Part shown: positions 39,472-50,325 of the stretch, piece after piece
How the letters are laid out: each line of letters opens with the position of its first letter
Position numbering within the stretch: position 1 is the first letter of the stretch
DNA from: Candidatus Obscuribacteraceae bacterium
GTDB lineage: Bacteria; Cyanobacteriota; Vampirovibrionia; Obscuribacterales; Obscuribacteraceae
Length of the DNA stretch: 64,000 nucleotides
NCBI GenBank assembly: GCA_044226015.1
Contig: JBGAHS010000008.1
Location: 416,001 to 480,000, forward strand
Direction: 5' to 3'
The notes under the pieces: model-generated
The model's database searches: none
Seen by the model: only the letters and a program-made list of their open reading frames with translations
Told to the model about the DNA's origin: nothing
Made by a program: the position numbers and the translations under genes

Positions 39472-41247
39472 ATGAGCGATCCATTTAGCAACTGGGCAAA
39501 CAAAGGTTGGGAGAGAGTTCGAGAAGTCGGACACAAAGTTCAGTCCCAATTTCATTTAACGCCAGAAGATCACCATACTCAACAACAGCACCACGAACAC
39601 CAGTTAAAAGTTGACCGCGTAGAACTTAGCAAAGAAGGCAAACTTCCGCAGGCTAAAGTAAGCAACAGTCATCTTGAGTTCGTAGCAAATTTCAACAACG
39701 AGCATTCAAAAGGTGATTCACCAAGAAAAACTAGTTCCGGCAGAAAGTCCTCCAGTGGATCGGAACGCAGGGATTCAGGCAAGCAGGAACAAAGAAACCA
39801 CCAGGAACAAAGTAATCACACAGAACAAAGAAAAGCTCATCAAGCAACAAACGAAGCTACTAATCAGAGTCGCCCTCAGCCAGCTGAACACGAAGTTGCA
39901 GGCAGCAAGAAAGGACAGACAACTGTCGAAGCTAAGAATCTGGGTAAGAGCATTCCCGAAGAAACACGCAGAGCATGGGATGAAGCCATCCTTGCCTACC
40001 AAGAAAAATATAGTTCGGCACACAGTGTAGACAACTCAAAAGTAATACCAAGCACAGGCAGCAACTCAAGAACTCATGGATACGTGGAACTAAAAAACAC
40101 CCCAGAGCATGTTAAAAACGCCGGTAAGATGCCTGGTGCAAATACTCATGGAAGCGAACACGTCGAGCTGCGAAATCTCCCAGAACATCTGAAACGTGGC
40201 AAGTCTCAAGCAACTGACCACCGTGCAACAACAAAAGGATTGGGCGAGCAAGCCAAGTCCACCGCAGCTAGCAAAAGTGAGTTGCACAACTCAACAAGCC
40301 ATCAATCAGAATCTCCACGTCATATTGAGTCCAAAGAAACGAAATCAAGCAAAACGAACACCCAAATAACAGGTGATAAAGGACCTTTAAGCGAAACCAA
40401 ACAATCTGCGCACAACTCAGAACGAGGACCGAAAGAAACGAACAAGGGTACGGCCGCAGAAGGTCCTCACTCCGCAAAAAATCCTGGCGTTTCCGCAGAA
40501 GTGCCAAAAGATTCTCCATTAACACCACGTGTCATTGGAGGACGAATTGCATTTGGCGGGCTAAGCGTCATGGGCATTGTGGGCGGAGCCTACGAAATCA
40601 AAGATGGAATTCAACAACTCAAAAGCGGCAAGCATTTGGAAGGAACACTTAATACCACAGCTGGTGTCAGCGACATCACAAGTGGAACAGCATCGTTGCT
40701 CTACACTTTTGGCAAAGAACACCTCGGAAACTTCGCAGCTAAGGTTGGCGGCATAGGCTCGATCACTAGCGGGCTGGCAGAGGGCATCGACGGGTTCAAA
40801 AATAAAGACGACGAGAAGAAGTTTGAAGGTTCCCTAAAAGTTACTCTTGGTGCCGGAATGCTCTTCAGCAGCACCGCTGCAATATCTACGTCAGCGGCTC
40901 TCGGATGGGGCGTAGGTCGCTTCGCTGGAAGGAATGTTGGATGGGGCGGAGAGAACGTCGACACAAAGGTAACCAGACTAGCCGATGGGTTGATTAATAG
41001 CAAAGTAAACGCTGAACTCGCAGCCATTCAACACAAAGAAAGCGAACTGTCTGGCAAAGCCCTCGAATTGATGGGACAAGATGCTCAAGCTCTTAACGCA
41101 AAAGGCATTAGTAAGAAGGAAGCCACAGAAGCCATAATCGGGCTTCGCTCTATGCTAGAACAAGAGCGAAACGCAGGTCGCGATACGCAAGAACTTCAAG
41201 CCAACTTGAAAATGATGCTTGAGGTGCGTGCGCAGCTGAAGAGCTAG
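39472..41247 (+). CDS. Hypothetical protein: disordered N-terminal half, Gly-rich amphipathic/hydrophobic C-terminal half
   Basis: 591-aa ORF with GAGGAG upstream; no Sec signal; internal repeat THGYVELKNTPEHVK / THGSEHVELRNLPEHLK. Confidence 0.8.
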   Translation: MSDPFSNWANKGWERVREVGHKVQSQFHLTPEDHHTQQQHHEHQLKVDRVELSKEGKLPQAKVSNSHLEFVANFNNEHSKGDSPRKTSSGRKSSSGSERRDSGKQEQRNHQEQSNHTEQRKAHQATNEATNQSRPQPAEHEVAGSKKGQTTVEAKNLGKSIPEETRRAWDEAILAYQEKYSSAHSVDNSKVIPSTGSNSRTHGYVELKNTPEHVKNAGKMPGANTHGSEHVELRNLPEHLKRGKSQATDHRATTKGLGEQAKSTAASKSELHNSTSHQSESPRHIESKETKSSKTNTQITGDKGPLSETKQSAHNSERGPKETNKGTAAEGPHSAKNPGVSAEVPKDSPLTPRVIGGRIAFGGLSVMGIVGGAYEIKDGIQQLKSGKHLEGTLNTTAGVSDITSGTASLLYTFGKEHLGNFAAKVGGIGSITSGLAEGIDGFKNKDDEKKFEGSLKVTLGAGMLFSSTAAISTSAALGWGVGRFAGRNVGWGGENVDTKVTRLADGLINSKVNAELAAIQHKESELSGKALELMGQDAQALNAKGISKKEATEAIIGLRSMLEQERNAGRDTQELQANLKMMLEVRAQLKS

Positions 41248-41327
41248 TCGCCATCGCTCCTGCTCATTCCGTTCTTAGTCTCGTAGAATTACACGACTAC
41301 TCCAAGCATAGTAAACTAAGACCTGGC

Positions 41328-42050
41328 ATGGAAGCTGTGATGATTTTTGATTCTGAAGAGTCTTATAGAAGAGCACAAAAACAAGCCGTCAATCAGCTGC
41401 GGGACCTTTTCGCTTCTGGGTCTGCGCTAAGCTCGACTGTAAAACCGGTACCGGACTATACCAGCGACCTTCGCCTTTGCCTGACTGCAGTCGCTTTTGT
41501 TGGGAATCATTTTGCAAACGATTCAAAGTTGAATAGCTTAATCGAGTCGTTGCGAGCCTTGGAGCCCTGGCAGTACTTCTACCCTCCAGAATCGCTACAC
41601 ATCACCATTCAAAATGTTCAAACTATAGATGAACCACCGAAATTCGACGAAAGAACAATCCAACTCGCACGCTTGATTTTCGAACGCATAATACCGGAGC
41701 ACAAGACCCTAGAATTTGAAACCGATGGTCTTCTTGTGACACCGTCAAGTTCGGCACTAGTGGCTTTCGCTGATTCGAGCATTCTGGCGCTTAGCAAGTC
41801 ATTGAGGAACGCATTGGCTGAATCGCAAATTCCCGATGACAAACATTACATCAGTGATGAAGTTGTCTTCGGCAACATCACATTTTGCCGATTTACTCGA
41901 AACCCTGGTTCGAAATTCAGAGAACTGCTCGATGCTTATATCGGTTCTGAAATTTGTATTCGGGCGAATGAGATACATTTGGTGTCCACCAATAGTGTTT
42001 GCTATCGCCCTCTTACCAGTATTCATGGGCGATTTCGCCTCATGGACTGA
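41328..42050 (+). CDS. 2H-phosphoesterase (2'-5' RNA ligase-like) superfamily protein, second motif degenerate
   Basis: YFYPPESLHITI (HxT at aa 91) and FGNITFCRF (NxT at aa 183). Confidence 0.65.
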   Translation: MEAVMIFDSEESYRRAQKQAVNQLRDLFASGSALSSTVKPVPDYTSDLRLCLTAVAFVGNHFANDSKLNSLIESLRALEPWQYFYPPESLHITIQNVQTIDEPPKFDERTIQLARLIFERIIPEHKTLEFETDGLLVTPSSSALVAFADSSILALSKSLRNALAESQIPDDKHYISDEVVFGNITFCRFTRNPGSKFRELLDAYIGSEICIRANEIHLVSTNSVCYRPLTSIHGRFRLMD

Positions 42051-42238
42051 CACATCACATTTCGACTGACTGAAATCACACCAGCGGACACAAATTCATC
42101 AAGAGTCTGCATTTTATTAACTCAACCATTCATCATAGATGAGCGATTACACGAACTGCAGATTTGTGTCATCATTGAAGAACAAGGCAGTTTCCCAAGG
42201 CAAGTTCTCTTTCAACCTTCGATGGTGGCAGGTTCTCT

Positions 42239-42460
42239 ATGGACTCAGAGAAACGAGATGACCAAGAATTGACAGAAGTCGAACTTGCCATAATAAACCT
42301 CGTTGCTGATGGCAAGTCGAATAGGGAAATCGCAAAAGAGCTTAGCTGCAGTGTTGATACGATAAGAACTTACATGAAGTACATCTTCAGGAAGCTAAAG
42401 GAGAAATCCCGGAAGCAAATTGCGGAAAAATACAGCAAAATAGACCCAGAAGAAGAATAA
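42239..42460 (+). CDS. Stand-alone LuxR/GerE-type HTH regulator
   Basis: LTEVELAIINLVADGKSNREIAKELSCSVDTIRTYMKYIFRKL. Confidence 0.9.
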   Translation: MDSEKRDDQELTEVELAIINLVADGKSNREIAKELSCSVDTIRTYMKYIFRKLKEKSRKQIAEKYSKIDPEEE

Positions 42461-42589
42461 AGCTTACCATTCGTTAAGCTTGTAGCCCTGCGAACATTTT
42501 GCCCGTAGATGTCAGCATTCCAAAAGATATAATGGACAAGCAAAAGCAGTTCTGCTCTTGCGAAGTGAACTCACCCAACAGTCGACATC

Positions 42590-45500
42590 ATGAGAGCAAA
42601 AAATAGAGCATTCCTTTTGAGTTTATCCCTATCACTGCTAGGTCAGGTCAGCGTTCCGTTGATTTGCAGTGCTCAGGGAGTACGTCCTGGATCAATACCA
42701 TTGTCGCAGTCGAACAACTCTGGAAGCACCACGGTTCCTTCGAATTTGGATCTCAGCTCTACAACAGCTTCCATGGGGGCACAAAACACAAAGCCTGTTA
42801 ACATTCAGGTCGGAGGCAACTCGCTCAATGGCACCATAAGCGGTGGCACATCGCTTACAGTCCTACCAGGACAGCTCTTAACCCCCGCTCAATATCTCGC
42901 GACTCTGGCAGCTATTAATGGGCATCAAACATTACTGTTGAACAATTCGGGGGCAGCGATCGGTGGCTCTGCCATATTGAACGCGAAGACAAGCCCAGCA
43001 CTAAATGGTCTTCTAGTGCCGACGAATGTTAGCATCAATGCGATAGGATTTAACAAAGCGACCCCGCTCAATGTAAGTGGGGTTGTTGATATTTTCGGCT
43101 CTGTTTACGCACTGCAGAACACACAAAATGTAGTTGCATCAATGAACCTCGGTAGCCTCGTAGTAGAACAGGGTGGACTGCTTTCGACAAGGTTACCAGC
43201 TGGATTCAATCTGCCTGGTGTATTCTCATCTGCAGGACTTCAAATCAATACGAGCGGAAACGTATTGAATCATGGCACCATATTCAGTGGCGGCAATCTC
43301 GCAATCAGCGCGGGTGGTGCTATCACCAATCAAACACTGGGGAATCTACAAGCGCAGATAAGTGCAATCAACCTGAGCTTGAATACAGCTCAGGGCAGCA
43401 TCATAAACAGTGGATTGATTCAAGCTAGTCAATCAATGGAACTCAGCGCAGCTCTGGGAAAAGACCTATTCATAGATAATAAGAATGGGCTGATTGAGGC
43501 AACTGGACTTGTAAACGCTGTAACAAAGCTCGTCTCCGAAGGAACAATAAATATCGGAAACATTCAAGCGCCTGAACTTGCGAATGTGAGAATCATCGGG
43601 GGGCAAATAAGTTCTGTTGCTGGTACCAGCATCTACGGCAAGAATATGGATGTATCTGTCGATCGCGTCGATGGAGTTATCAACAACACAGGATCCACAG
43701 CGCATCTGGACGTGAGTGGTGGCAACCTGCTAATAGGCACGCAAAATCTGTCCGGTGATCCAACCTATTTCAACAGCAACGGAGACATTACGCTGACTGA
43801 TACTATCAGCGTCGCAGGCGATCTCGCTTTTGTTGCTTCAGGCAACATTTTAACGACCGGAAAGACTTCAATCCAGACAACGGCTGCAAACAACAGCATT
43901 CTAATGAGTGCTGGATACCAATTCACTACCGATGGACCCGCCAGCGGAACTGATAGCACAACGACCATAACATTTAATGGCAGCGCTGATTCAAGTAAGA
44001 ACATAAGCTCGCCTGGAAATGAGCTGAACATCAAAACTAGCGGCACAGGTACTATCACGCTCATATCCGCAGGGAAGGTGGATCTCGGTACAGGCGTCAT
44101 CAGCAGTCAATCAGGAAAAATAAATATTCTTGGTGCTGGTGGTGTCACTACAAAGGGATCGATAAGCTCTACCGCAGGCAATATTTCGATTGCCTCAGGA
44201 GATGTAGGCAACATAAATCTCATAAGCATTAAAGACGGCACACCAAGCGCGCTTCCAAGCTTGGGTACACTAAGCAGTTTCCCCGTGCAGGTAAGCGACA
44301 TAAGCATAGGTAATGGTCAAACTCTGGATCTGAGTACTGCTGCACAGCTGACAATCGGAAAGGTGACTTCAAATACGAGCAACTTGAATTTCACAGGCAG
44401 CGCAGTCACCATTACAGGTAATGTAGGATCGCTCACTGACACCACCACAATAACGAGTACAGCTGGCGATATCACGGTGCTATACGACCCCAGCCCGGGC
44501 TTGCTTAGTTCGAAACAACTTGTACTTAACAGCGCGGGCAGCATAAATGGCGTAAACAATGACTCGCTTGCATTTCTGGCTGATGTTGCAGACTTCATTG
44601 ATGCTAGCGCAGCGAAATCGGTCTTCATTTCAAATTCTCACACTCTAGGCACACTAAGTGTCAAAGCAAAAGCTGGAACCGGTTTCATAAATTTGAATTC
44701 GAGCAATTCAATCAAACTGCTCAGTGACCTCGACGCGCAAGGCGTCACTTTGCGGGCGTCAAATTTTGCTAATGCCCAAATTGATTTGAATGGTCATTTG
44801 CTTAAGTCTAACGGCAAAGATATTTCTCTTGTAGCTTCAGATATCGTGTTCAACAGTGGCACTATAAATGCGGGAGCAGGAAATGTCTTCGTAATTTCTG
44901 CTCAACCCGACCTACCTATTTCACTTGGCTCTGCAACTGGAGGACTACACTTCAGTCAAGCTGATCTCAAAGCAATCACAGCAAACAAATTGAGAATCGG
45001 ATTCGGCATGAATGGTGGCATGACCATTGGCAACGGAGATGGCACAGGCGGAGCTCTTGTCTTTCCTTATAGTGTCGACCTCTATCAATTCGATGACCCG
45101 GACATTCCGACTGCAGTGGGCAACATAAATTCAGGTGCTATTGGGATAGAAGTATCAGGCAATCTTTATGCCCAGAGCCAAGCTGGCGATATCTCTGTTG
45201 GAAAGATAACTAGCACCACGAATGGAAACGTAACGCTTGTCACCAGTGGTGGTGACATAAACCTCTCTGGCACAAACGGTGCATCTTTGCCGGTCGCGCA
45301 TGAAATCAAATTGCTCGCAGGTGGGATAGGCGTGGGTTCAGCTACTGGCGCTCTCACCGGGCTGGGAAGCGCAGCACTGCTGATAACGCCAGTCGTTGTT
45401 GGAAATGACGCTGGCTCAGTTTACCTTCGAGGCAATAATCTTGGAACAACGGGAAATGTTGGCACCACCGCTGCACCTCTGACAATAGATGTTAGTGCGC

Positions 45501-48500
45501 CCGGCAGCACGGGAAACGGCGGCGTAGCCTCATTTGAGCGCACTGCAACGGGAGCATTTGCACCAACATCTGCATCTTTGTTATTAAAGGTCAGCGGTGG
45601 CAGCACAAGCGGAAATCAAGGCACAGCTGTCATATCCAACAACGGCGACCTCACTTACAACACATCAGCAGCAAACAAGAGCATTGAATATGGAAGCGGT
45701 TCCGGAAATGGCGTCAGCATAACGCTGAGCGCTGGAAATATCTCAAAAGGTAACCTGCTTGTTACTGGTCCACTGGACACAAGCGCAAATGGAAGTGACC
45801 ACGACGGCGGTAACATCACTCTCGAATCAAACAGCACCACTCCACTTGCCATAGCAATGAGCAATACGAAGAACGGAATAACCGGGCTGCTAACGCTAAA
45901 CAAAACGGGCATTGGTAAGGATGGCGCACTTACAATCGTTAACCGTGGTGGCAACATAAGCAACACCGTACAGAATTTGACAGCGGTCAGCAAGCTCGTT
46001 TTCGATACTAGCTCTGCGGCAACGGGCTCAATAACAAACACAAAATTGCTCGGTAGCAGCAGTACAAGTGAAATCAGAATCTCGACTAAAGGTGGTGCAA
46101 TAAACAGCACCGCAGTCACGCTCACCACCCAGTCCACAGGTAGCGTGTATTTGCAAACAGCAAGTGGAGCAATAACAGCAAACATTGACACGGGAAACGT
46201 CTCAGTGAACACTGGCGGCAGTGCTGCAGCAACAATCAATAGCATTGGATCAAACCCGCTGAATGTCTTATCCTCATCAGTTGGTGGTTCCCTAACAATC
46301 ACCCAAGCCGGGGGCGACCTCAATGTCACAGAGCCAATATTCAGTGGGAACACGCTCACTTTAAAGACCAGCAAGACCGATGCAGTCATCAACGTAAACG
46401 CAAACTTGACTGCAGGATTTCAATTTGTCGGCTTCGGCACGATGAATTTGCAAACCGCAGGAAACGGTTCTATCAGTGGTACGGGCACCCTAAACGCAAA
46501 AACCATCAATTTGACTTCTGGTACAGGTTCCTTTGGAACCGCCCTGCAGGCATTGAATCTGACCACAGCTCAAGTCAGCTTAAACAGCAGCGGTCTGGTC
46601 AATATCAATAATGGTGCCTACAACCTTGACGCTCTGAAAATAAGCTCAGCGAAATCGGCGAACAACTTCACCCTAATATCAAGCAACTCAATAGTGTTGG
46701 CTGCAGCCCTGACCAATGTCAGCAAGGCAACACTACAGAGCACCAATGGTAGTCTCACACTGAGTTCAGGTATAGGAAACAGTACCAGTACCGACAATAT
46801 CACACTAACTGCCAAAGGAAGCATCACCGGAGCAGGTCTTCTCACGAACAGCACCGGTAAAACTATAGCATTGACAGTGCAAAGTACCACCGCAACGATA
46901 GGCAGCAGCAGTGTTCCCATAAACGTTAGCGGCTCATTTATTACGATAAGCAATTCTCCGACAGCGTCTGGTCTGATTAACTTAAACAGCAAAAACACAG
47001 GCTCAAGCACTATCAGCGGGCTTGTCACTACAGGTTCGGTCAAATTGGCTACCGCTGGAGCCGCCAACTTTGGTAGCAATGTTAGCGGTTCATCGGTCAC
47101 TTTAAATCTGAAAGACGATAACAACTTCCTTGGTAGCATCGCAGCCAGCAACGGTGCCCTCACCCTGACACAGACAGGTGCGGGCTTTGATACGGTCGAC
47201 GTAGCATTTGCTTTGAGCGCCACATCGAGCATCACAATCAAGGTTGCTGGGGCTTTAGCGGTTCATGACACAATTAATTCAGGCGCCTCTTTAACGGTCA
47301 CCAGCGGCGGTGCAGTCAACCTCGGCTTGGCATCCAAAAGCATCACTACGACAGGTCCTATCAGCATCACACAGACCGCTACAGATGTAAACGGAAGCTC
47401 CTTTGGTTCTTTGTCCGGGCAGTCGGTCACAGTCAAGCTCAAGCCATTGTCCTCTGCCGTTCAATTCCTGGGAAGTATCACGGCAACCAATGGAAGCATC
47501 TTAATCAGCGAAACGGGATTGGCGACCAACACAAGTATCGCATCAACAGCCAAAGCAACTGGCGACATAACGATTACGTCTGTGGGACCGGGCTCTTTCG
47601 GAGATATTACAGCCGGAGACAAAGCTGGAAATGGTGCGATTAATCTTACTCTAGGAGACGCGAGTTCACTTGGGGCTCTCTCAACTAGCGGCACCAAAGG
47701 CAACATCACTATCGTGGAAAAATTTGGCAAGCTATCGTTTCCATCAGCAACTGCAAGTGCCGCAATTTCTATTACGAATCAGTTTGTAGATGGCATTGAA
47801 GTTTCCGGCGCACTAGCTGCAAATTCCAAGGTTACAATAGCATCAAACGGGTTTGTGTCTGTTGGAGGGAAAACCAGCGCGAGCAGCAAGACAGGGTTGA
47901 TTTCTATTGCAGCTCCAGGCAATCAATATGTATCACTAGCAGCAGTGGATGCACCAACAGTAACGATAAGCGCAGGAAACATCGGTGCTGACACCTTAGC
48001 CTCGACTCCGACGCTGCTGAACAGCGCAAGCCTAACTTTTAAGTCTCTCGGTTCAGTCAATTTCAATAATTCAGGAACCTCTCTACTTACAATCGCGGCT
48101 GCAAGCACGGCGACAAACAGTGCAACTGTAAGTTCGCAAGGTGCAATAAGCATACTAAGTCCGCTGAAGACGACCCAGTCGATTGAGCTCAGCAGCAACA
48201 GCGACATGTTGATCAAAGCCACCACAGTCGGTGGCAGTAGCACAAACAAGATTTCGATCAGCGCAAATACGCTTACAGGCGCTGGCGTTCTGAAAGCAAA
48301 TGAAACAAGCGGCGTTATAGACTTAAAAGTCGCAGCAAACATCGGAACGAGCACAAGCAGCCTGAAAGTTAATGCTAAAACAGTAAATATCGCGAACGCG
48401 ACAAGCGTCGTAAACGTTTTCAATCAATTAGCGAGCACAAAATCTACTTTCAATGTATCGACCACTTCAAGCCCAAATTTGATACTCGGTAGCGCAGGAG

Positions 48501-50086
48501 CGAGCACGTATAGCGACCTTACTGCAGGCAGCATCACAATAAAGTACAGCGGGGCGTCTGATTTTAACAAGCTGACTTCGAGCATCGGCGCAATTAGTTT
48601 GACGCAATCTGGAGCGGCGAGCAAAAGTTCGTTCAACGGCATCATAAGTTCGGCAAAATCTGTGAGCATCACAACGACAGGCGATGCGACCTATGGCTCT
48701 AACATAACCGCGTCTGACGGCTCAATAGTCTTGTCTGCTAATACTGGAGTGCTCCAAGTAAGCAATAACGTTTCGATAAACTCAAATGGCACTGGTTCAC
48801 AAATAACATTGATGGAGAAGGCAAACACCAATACGTCAGGCATAGTCATTGGTTCGTTAGTCTCCCTTTCGACACTGGCCAGCTCAAAAACTGGAACCAA
48901 GCTTCCCTTGCCAGGACAAATAAACATAATAATCGGAACGAGCGTGCCTACGGCTCCTGTTCAAAATCCTACGGGTCAACCAGCAAACACAATCATCGAC
49001 ATACAACCACCAACAACTTCAATCAACAAAGTTTACTGGGGCACGAATTCAGGCAAGATTGACTCAAGCGGTGCAAGCGGGGCTGGCAATGAAATAAAAT
49101 TGAGTGTCATTGGAAACAGTGCAATTGTCTTTTCAGCCGGAACAAAAGCTGGTATCACCATTGGTGCCAAAACCACCTTAACGGCAGATCCACCAAGCAA
49201 CATCAATGCTGTGCCAGCTCTGAGATCTTTCCCTTCTGCGGTGCCAGTGGCGCAAGCATTTGCAACACGCTCCTCACAAATTGCTGCACTCGGACAATCT
49301 AACATAGCACCATTGAGTCACCAGAACTCAAAGGCTGACGCTGATATTACATCGTTCTATCAATCGTTACCCTTACCTGGGGCAGCGAACATAACAAGCT
49401 TAGCTGCAGTGAACAGTGCGACAAGATCGCTGTCTTCAACACCCCCGCTCACTTCGTCCAAGTCTGCTTTTACCAACTCAGCATCGGCATTCCCATTGCA
49501 TGGCACAGTGAACAAGCAAGAAAGATTAGGCTCCAACAAGACCCATACAGAGTTTGAACATCGACTACAGACAAGCAGCGGATATGATTACACTCACACT
49601 TTGGAAAATGGTGGCAGATTAATCGCGCCGACCTCAGATATGGTTTTGAAAACGAATCTGGCAGACATCGATATCGCCGCAAAATCCCTGGTACTAATCT
49701 ATTGCAATGACAGCACTCTAGTCGTTTTCAACATCGACGACCACCACAAGAATGCAGTTCGAGTTAAGTTCAACAAACACTGCATTGATGTCCCTGCGGG
49801 ATCACAGCTTTTGCTAAGCGATAAGGTAGAAGAATCATTCGAGAAACTCAATGTGGTTAAAAGAGCTTCCTATCGCAAAATAATCGAAAAGCGCAGCGAT
49901 GATTTGAAGTTTATTTCAGCGGAATTTTCTGTTCCCTCCTTGCTAACGGCAATTTCGAAGATTCGCGGTCTGCTTAACTCAAACAATGCATTTGAAACCA
50001 AGATTGGAAAGCACTTGCTAAAAACGGCAGCAGCATTGAATTCGGTTCGCAAGGACAACAGCGCATTTAGAATGTTGAATGATTGA
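42590..50086 (+). CDS. Giant secreted G/S/T/N-rich beta-helix (hemagglutinin-like) protein with conserved C-terminal domain
   Basis: 2498-aa ORF; signal peptide; repetitive xGxIxLxS/A strands; distinct globular C-terminal ~160 aa. Confidence 0.85.
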   Translation: MRAKNRAFLLSLSLSLLGQVSVPLICSAQGVRPGSIPLSQSNNSGSTTVPSNLDLSSTTASMGAQNTKPVNIQVGGNSLNGTISGGTSLTVLPGQLLTPAQYLATLAAINGHQTLLLNNSGAAIGGSAILNAKTSPALNGLLVPTNVSINAIGFNKATPLNVSGVVDIFGSVYALQNTQNVVASMNLGSLVVEQGGLLSTRLPAGFNLPGVFSSAGLQINTSGNVLNHGTIFSGGNLAISAGGAITNQTLGNLQAQISAINLSLNTAQGSIINSGLIQASQSMELSAALGKDLFIDNKNGLIEATGLVNAVTKLVSEGTINIGNIQAPELANVRIIGGQISSVAGTSIYGKNMDVSVDRVDGVINNTGSTAHLDVSGGNLLIGTQNLSGDPTYFNSNGDITLTDTISVAGDLAFVASGNILTTGKTSIQTTAANNSILMSAGYQFTTDGPASGTDSTTTITFNGSADSSKNISSPGNELNIKTSGTGTITLISAGKVDLGTGVISSQSGKINILGAGGVTTKGSISSTAGNISIASGDVGNINLISIKDGTPSALPSLGTLSSFPVQVSDISIGNGQTLDLSTAAQLTIGKVTSNTSNLNFTGSAVTITGNVGSLTDTTTITSTAGDITVLYDPSPGLLSSKQLVLNSAGSINGVNNDSLAFLADVADFIDASAAKSVFISNSHTLGTLSVKAKAGTGFINLNSSNSIKLLSDLDAQGVTLRASNFANAQIDLNGHLLKSNGKDISLVASDIVFNSGTINAGAGNVFVISAQPDLPISLGSATGGLHFSQADLKAITANKLRIGFGMNGGMTIGNGDGTGGALVFPYSVDLYQFDDPDIPTAVGNINSGAIGIEVSGNLYAQSQAGDISVGKITSTTNGNVTLVTSGGDINLSGTNGASLPVAHEIKLLAGGIGVGSATGALTGLGSAALLITPVVVGNDAGSVYLRGNNLGTTGNVGTTAAPLTIDVSAPGSTGNGGVASFERTATGAFAPTSASLLLKVSGGSTSGNQGTAVISNNGDLTYNTSAANKSIEYGSGSGNGVSITLSAGNISKGNLLVTGPLDTSANGSDHDGGNITLESNSTTPLAIAMSNTKNGITGLLTLNKTGIGKDGALTIVNRGGNISNTVQNLTAVSKLVFDTSSAATGSITNTKLLGSSSTSEIRISTKGGAINSTAVTLTTQSTGSVYLQTASGAITANIDTGNVSVNTGGSAAATINSIGSNPLNVLSSSVGGSLTITQAGGDLNVTEPIFSGNTLTLKTSKTDAVINVNANLTAGFQFVGFGTMNLQTAGNGSISGTGTLNAKTINLTSGTGSFGTALQALNLTTAQVSLNSSGLVNINNGAYNLDALKISSAKSANNFTLISSNSIVLAAALTNVSKATLQSTNGSLTLSSGIGNSTSTDNITLTAKGSITGAGLLTNSTGKTIALTVQSTTATIGSSSVPINVSGSFITISNSPTASGLINLNSKNTGSSTISGLVTTGSVKLATAGAANFGSNVSGSSVTLNLKDDNNFLGSIAASNGALTLTQTGAGFDTVDVAFALSATSSITIKVAGALAVHDTINSGASLTVTSGGAVNLGLASKSITTTGPISITQTATDVNGSSFGSLSGQSVTVKLKPLSSAVQFLGSITATNGSILISETGLATNTSIASTAKATGDITITSVGPGSFGDITAGDKAGNGAINLTLGDASSLGALSTSGTKGNITIVEKFGKLSFPSATASAAISITNQFVDGIEVSGALAANSKVTIASNGFVSVGGKTSASSKTGLISIAAPGNQYVSLAAVDAPTVTISAGNIGADTLASTPTLLNSASLTFKSLGSVNFNNSGTSLLTIAAASTATNSATVSSQGAISILSPLKTTQSIELSSNSDMLIKATTVGGSSTNKISISANTLTGAGVLKANETSGVIDLKVAANIGTSTSSLKVNAKTVNIANATSVVNVFNQLASTKSTFNVSTTSSPNLILGSAGASTYSDLTAGSITIKYSGASDFNKLTSSIGAISLTQSGAASKSSFNGIISSAKSVSITTTGDATYGSNITASDGSIVLSANTGVLQVSNNVSINSNGTGSQITLMEKANTNTSGIVIGSLVSLSTLASSKTGTKLPLPGQINIIIGTSVPTAPVQNPTGQPANTIIDIQPPTTSINKVYWGTNSGKIDSSGASGAGNEIKLSVIGNSAIVFSAGTKAGITIGAKTTLTADPPSNINAVPALRSFPSAVPVAQAFATRSSQIAALGQSNIAPLSHQNSKADADITSFYQSLPLPGAANITSLAAVNSATRSLSSTPPLTSSKSAFTNSASAFPLHGTVNKQERLGSNKTHTEFEHRLQTSSGYDYTHTLENGGRLIAPTSDMVLKTNLADIDIAAKSLVLIYCNDSTLVVFNIDDHHKNAVRVKFNKHCIDVPAGSQLLLSDKVEESFEKLNVVKRASYRKIIEKRSDDLKFISAEFSVPSLLTAISKIRGLLNSNNAFETKIGKHLLKTAAALNSVRKDNSAFRMLND

Positions 50087-50325
50087 CCCCTAGAGAAAAC
50101 AAGCGCGAATCAGTCAACTGACGGATTCGACGCAGAACGATTAGAAATAGTCACAGGAACGACCTTCTTTGTCGCCCAAAACTGAGCACTGCCAAAGCTC
50201 TCAAGCTCACGAGCCCATCATGCCGTCTTGTAAACTTCCTATTACCAAGATCTTGTCGATGCACGGAGACCGGGACATTTCAGAGTATTATTTAGACATC
50301 TCCTGGATATTCATGGTGGTATGAG

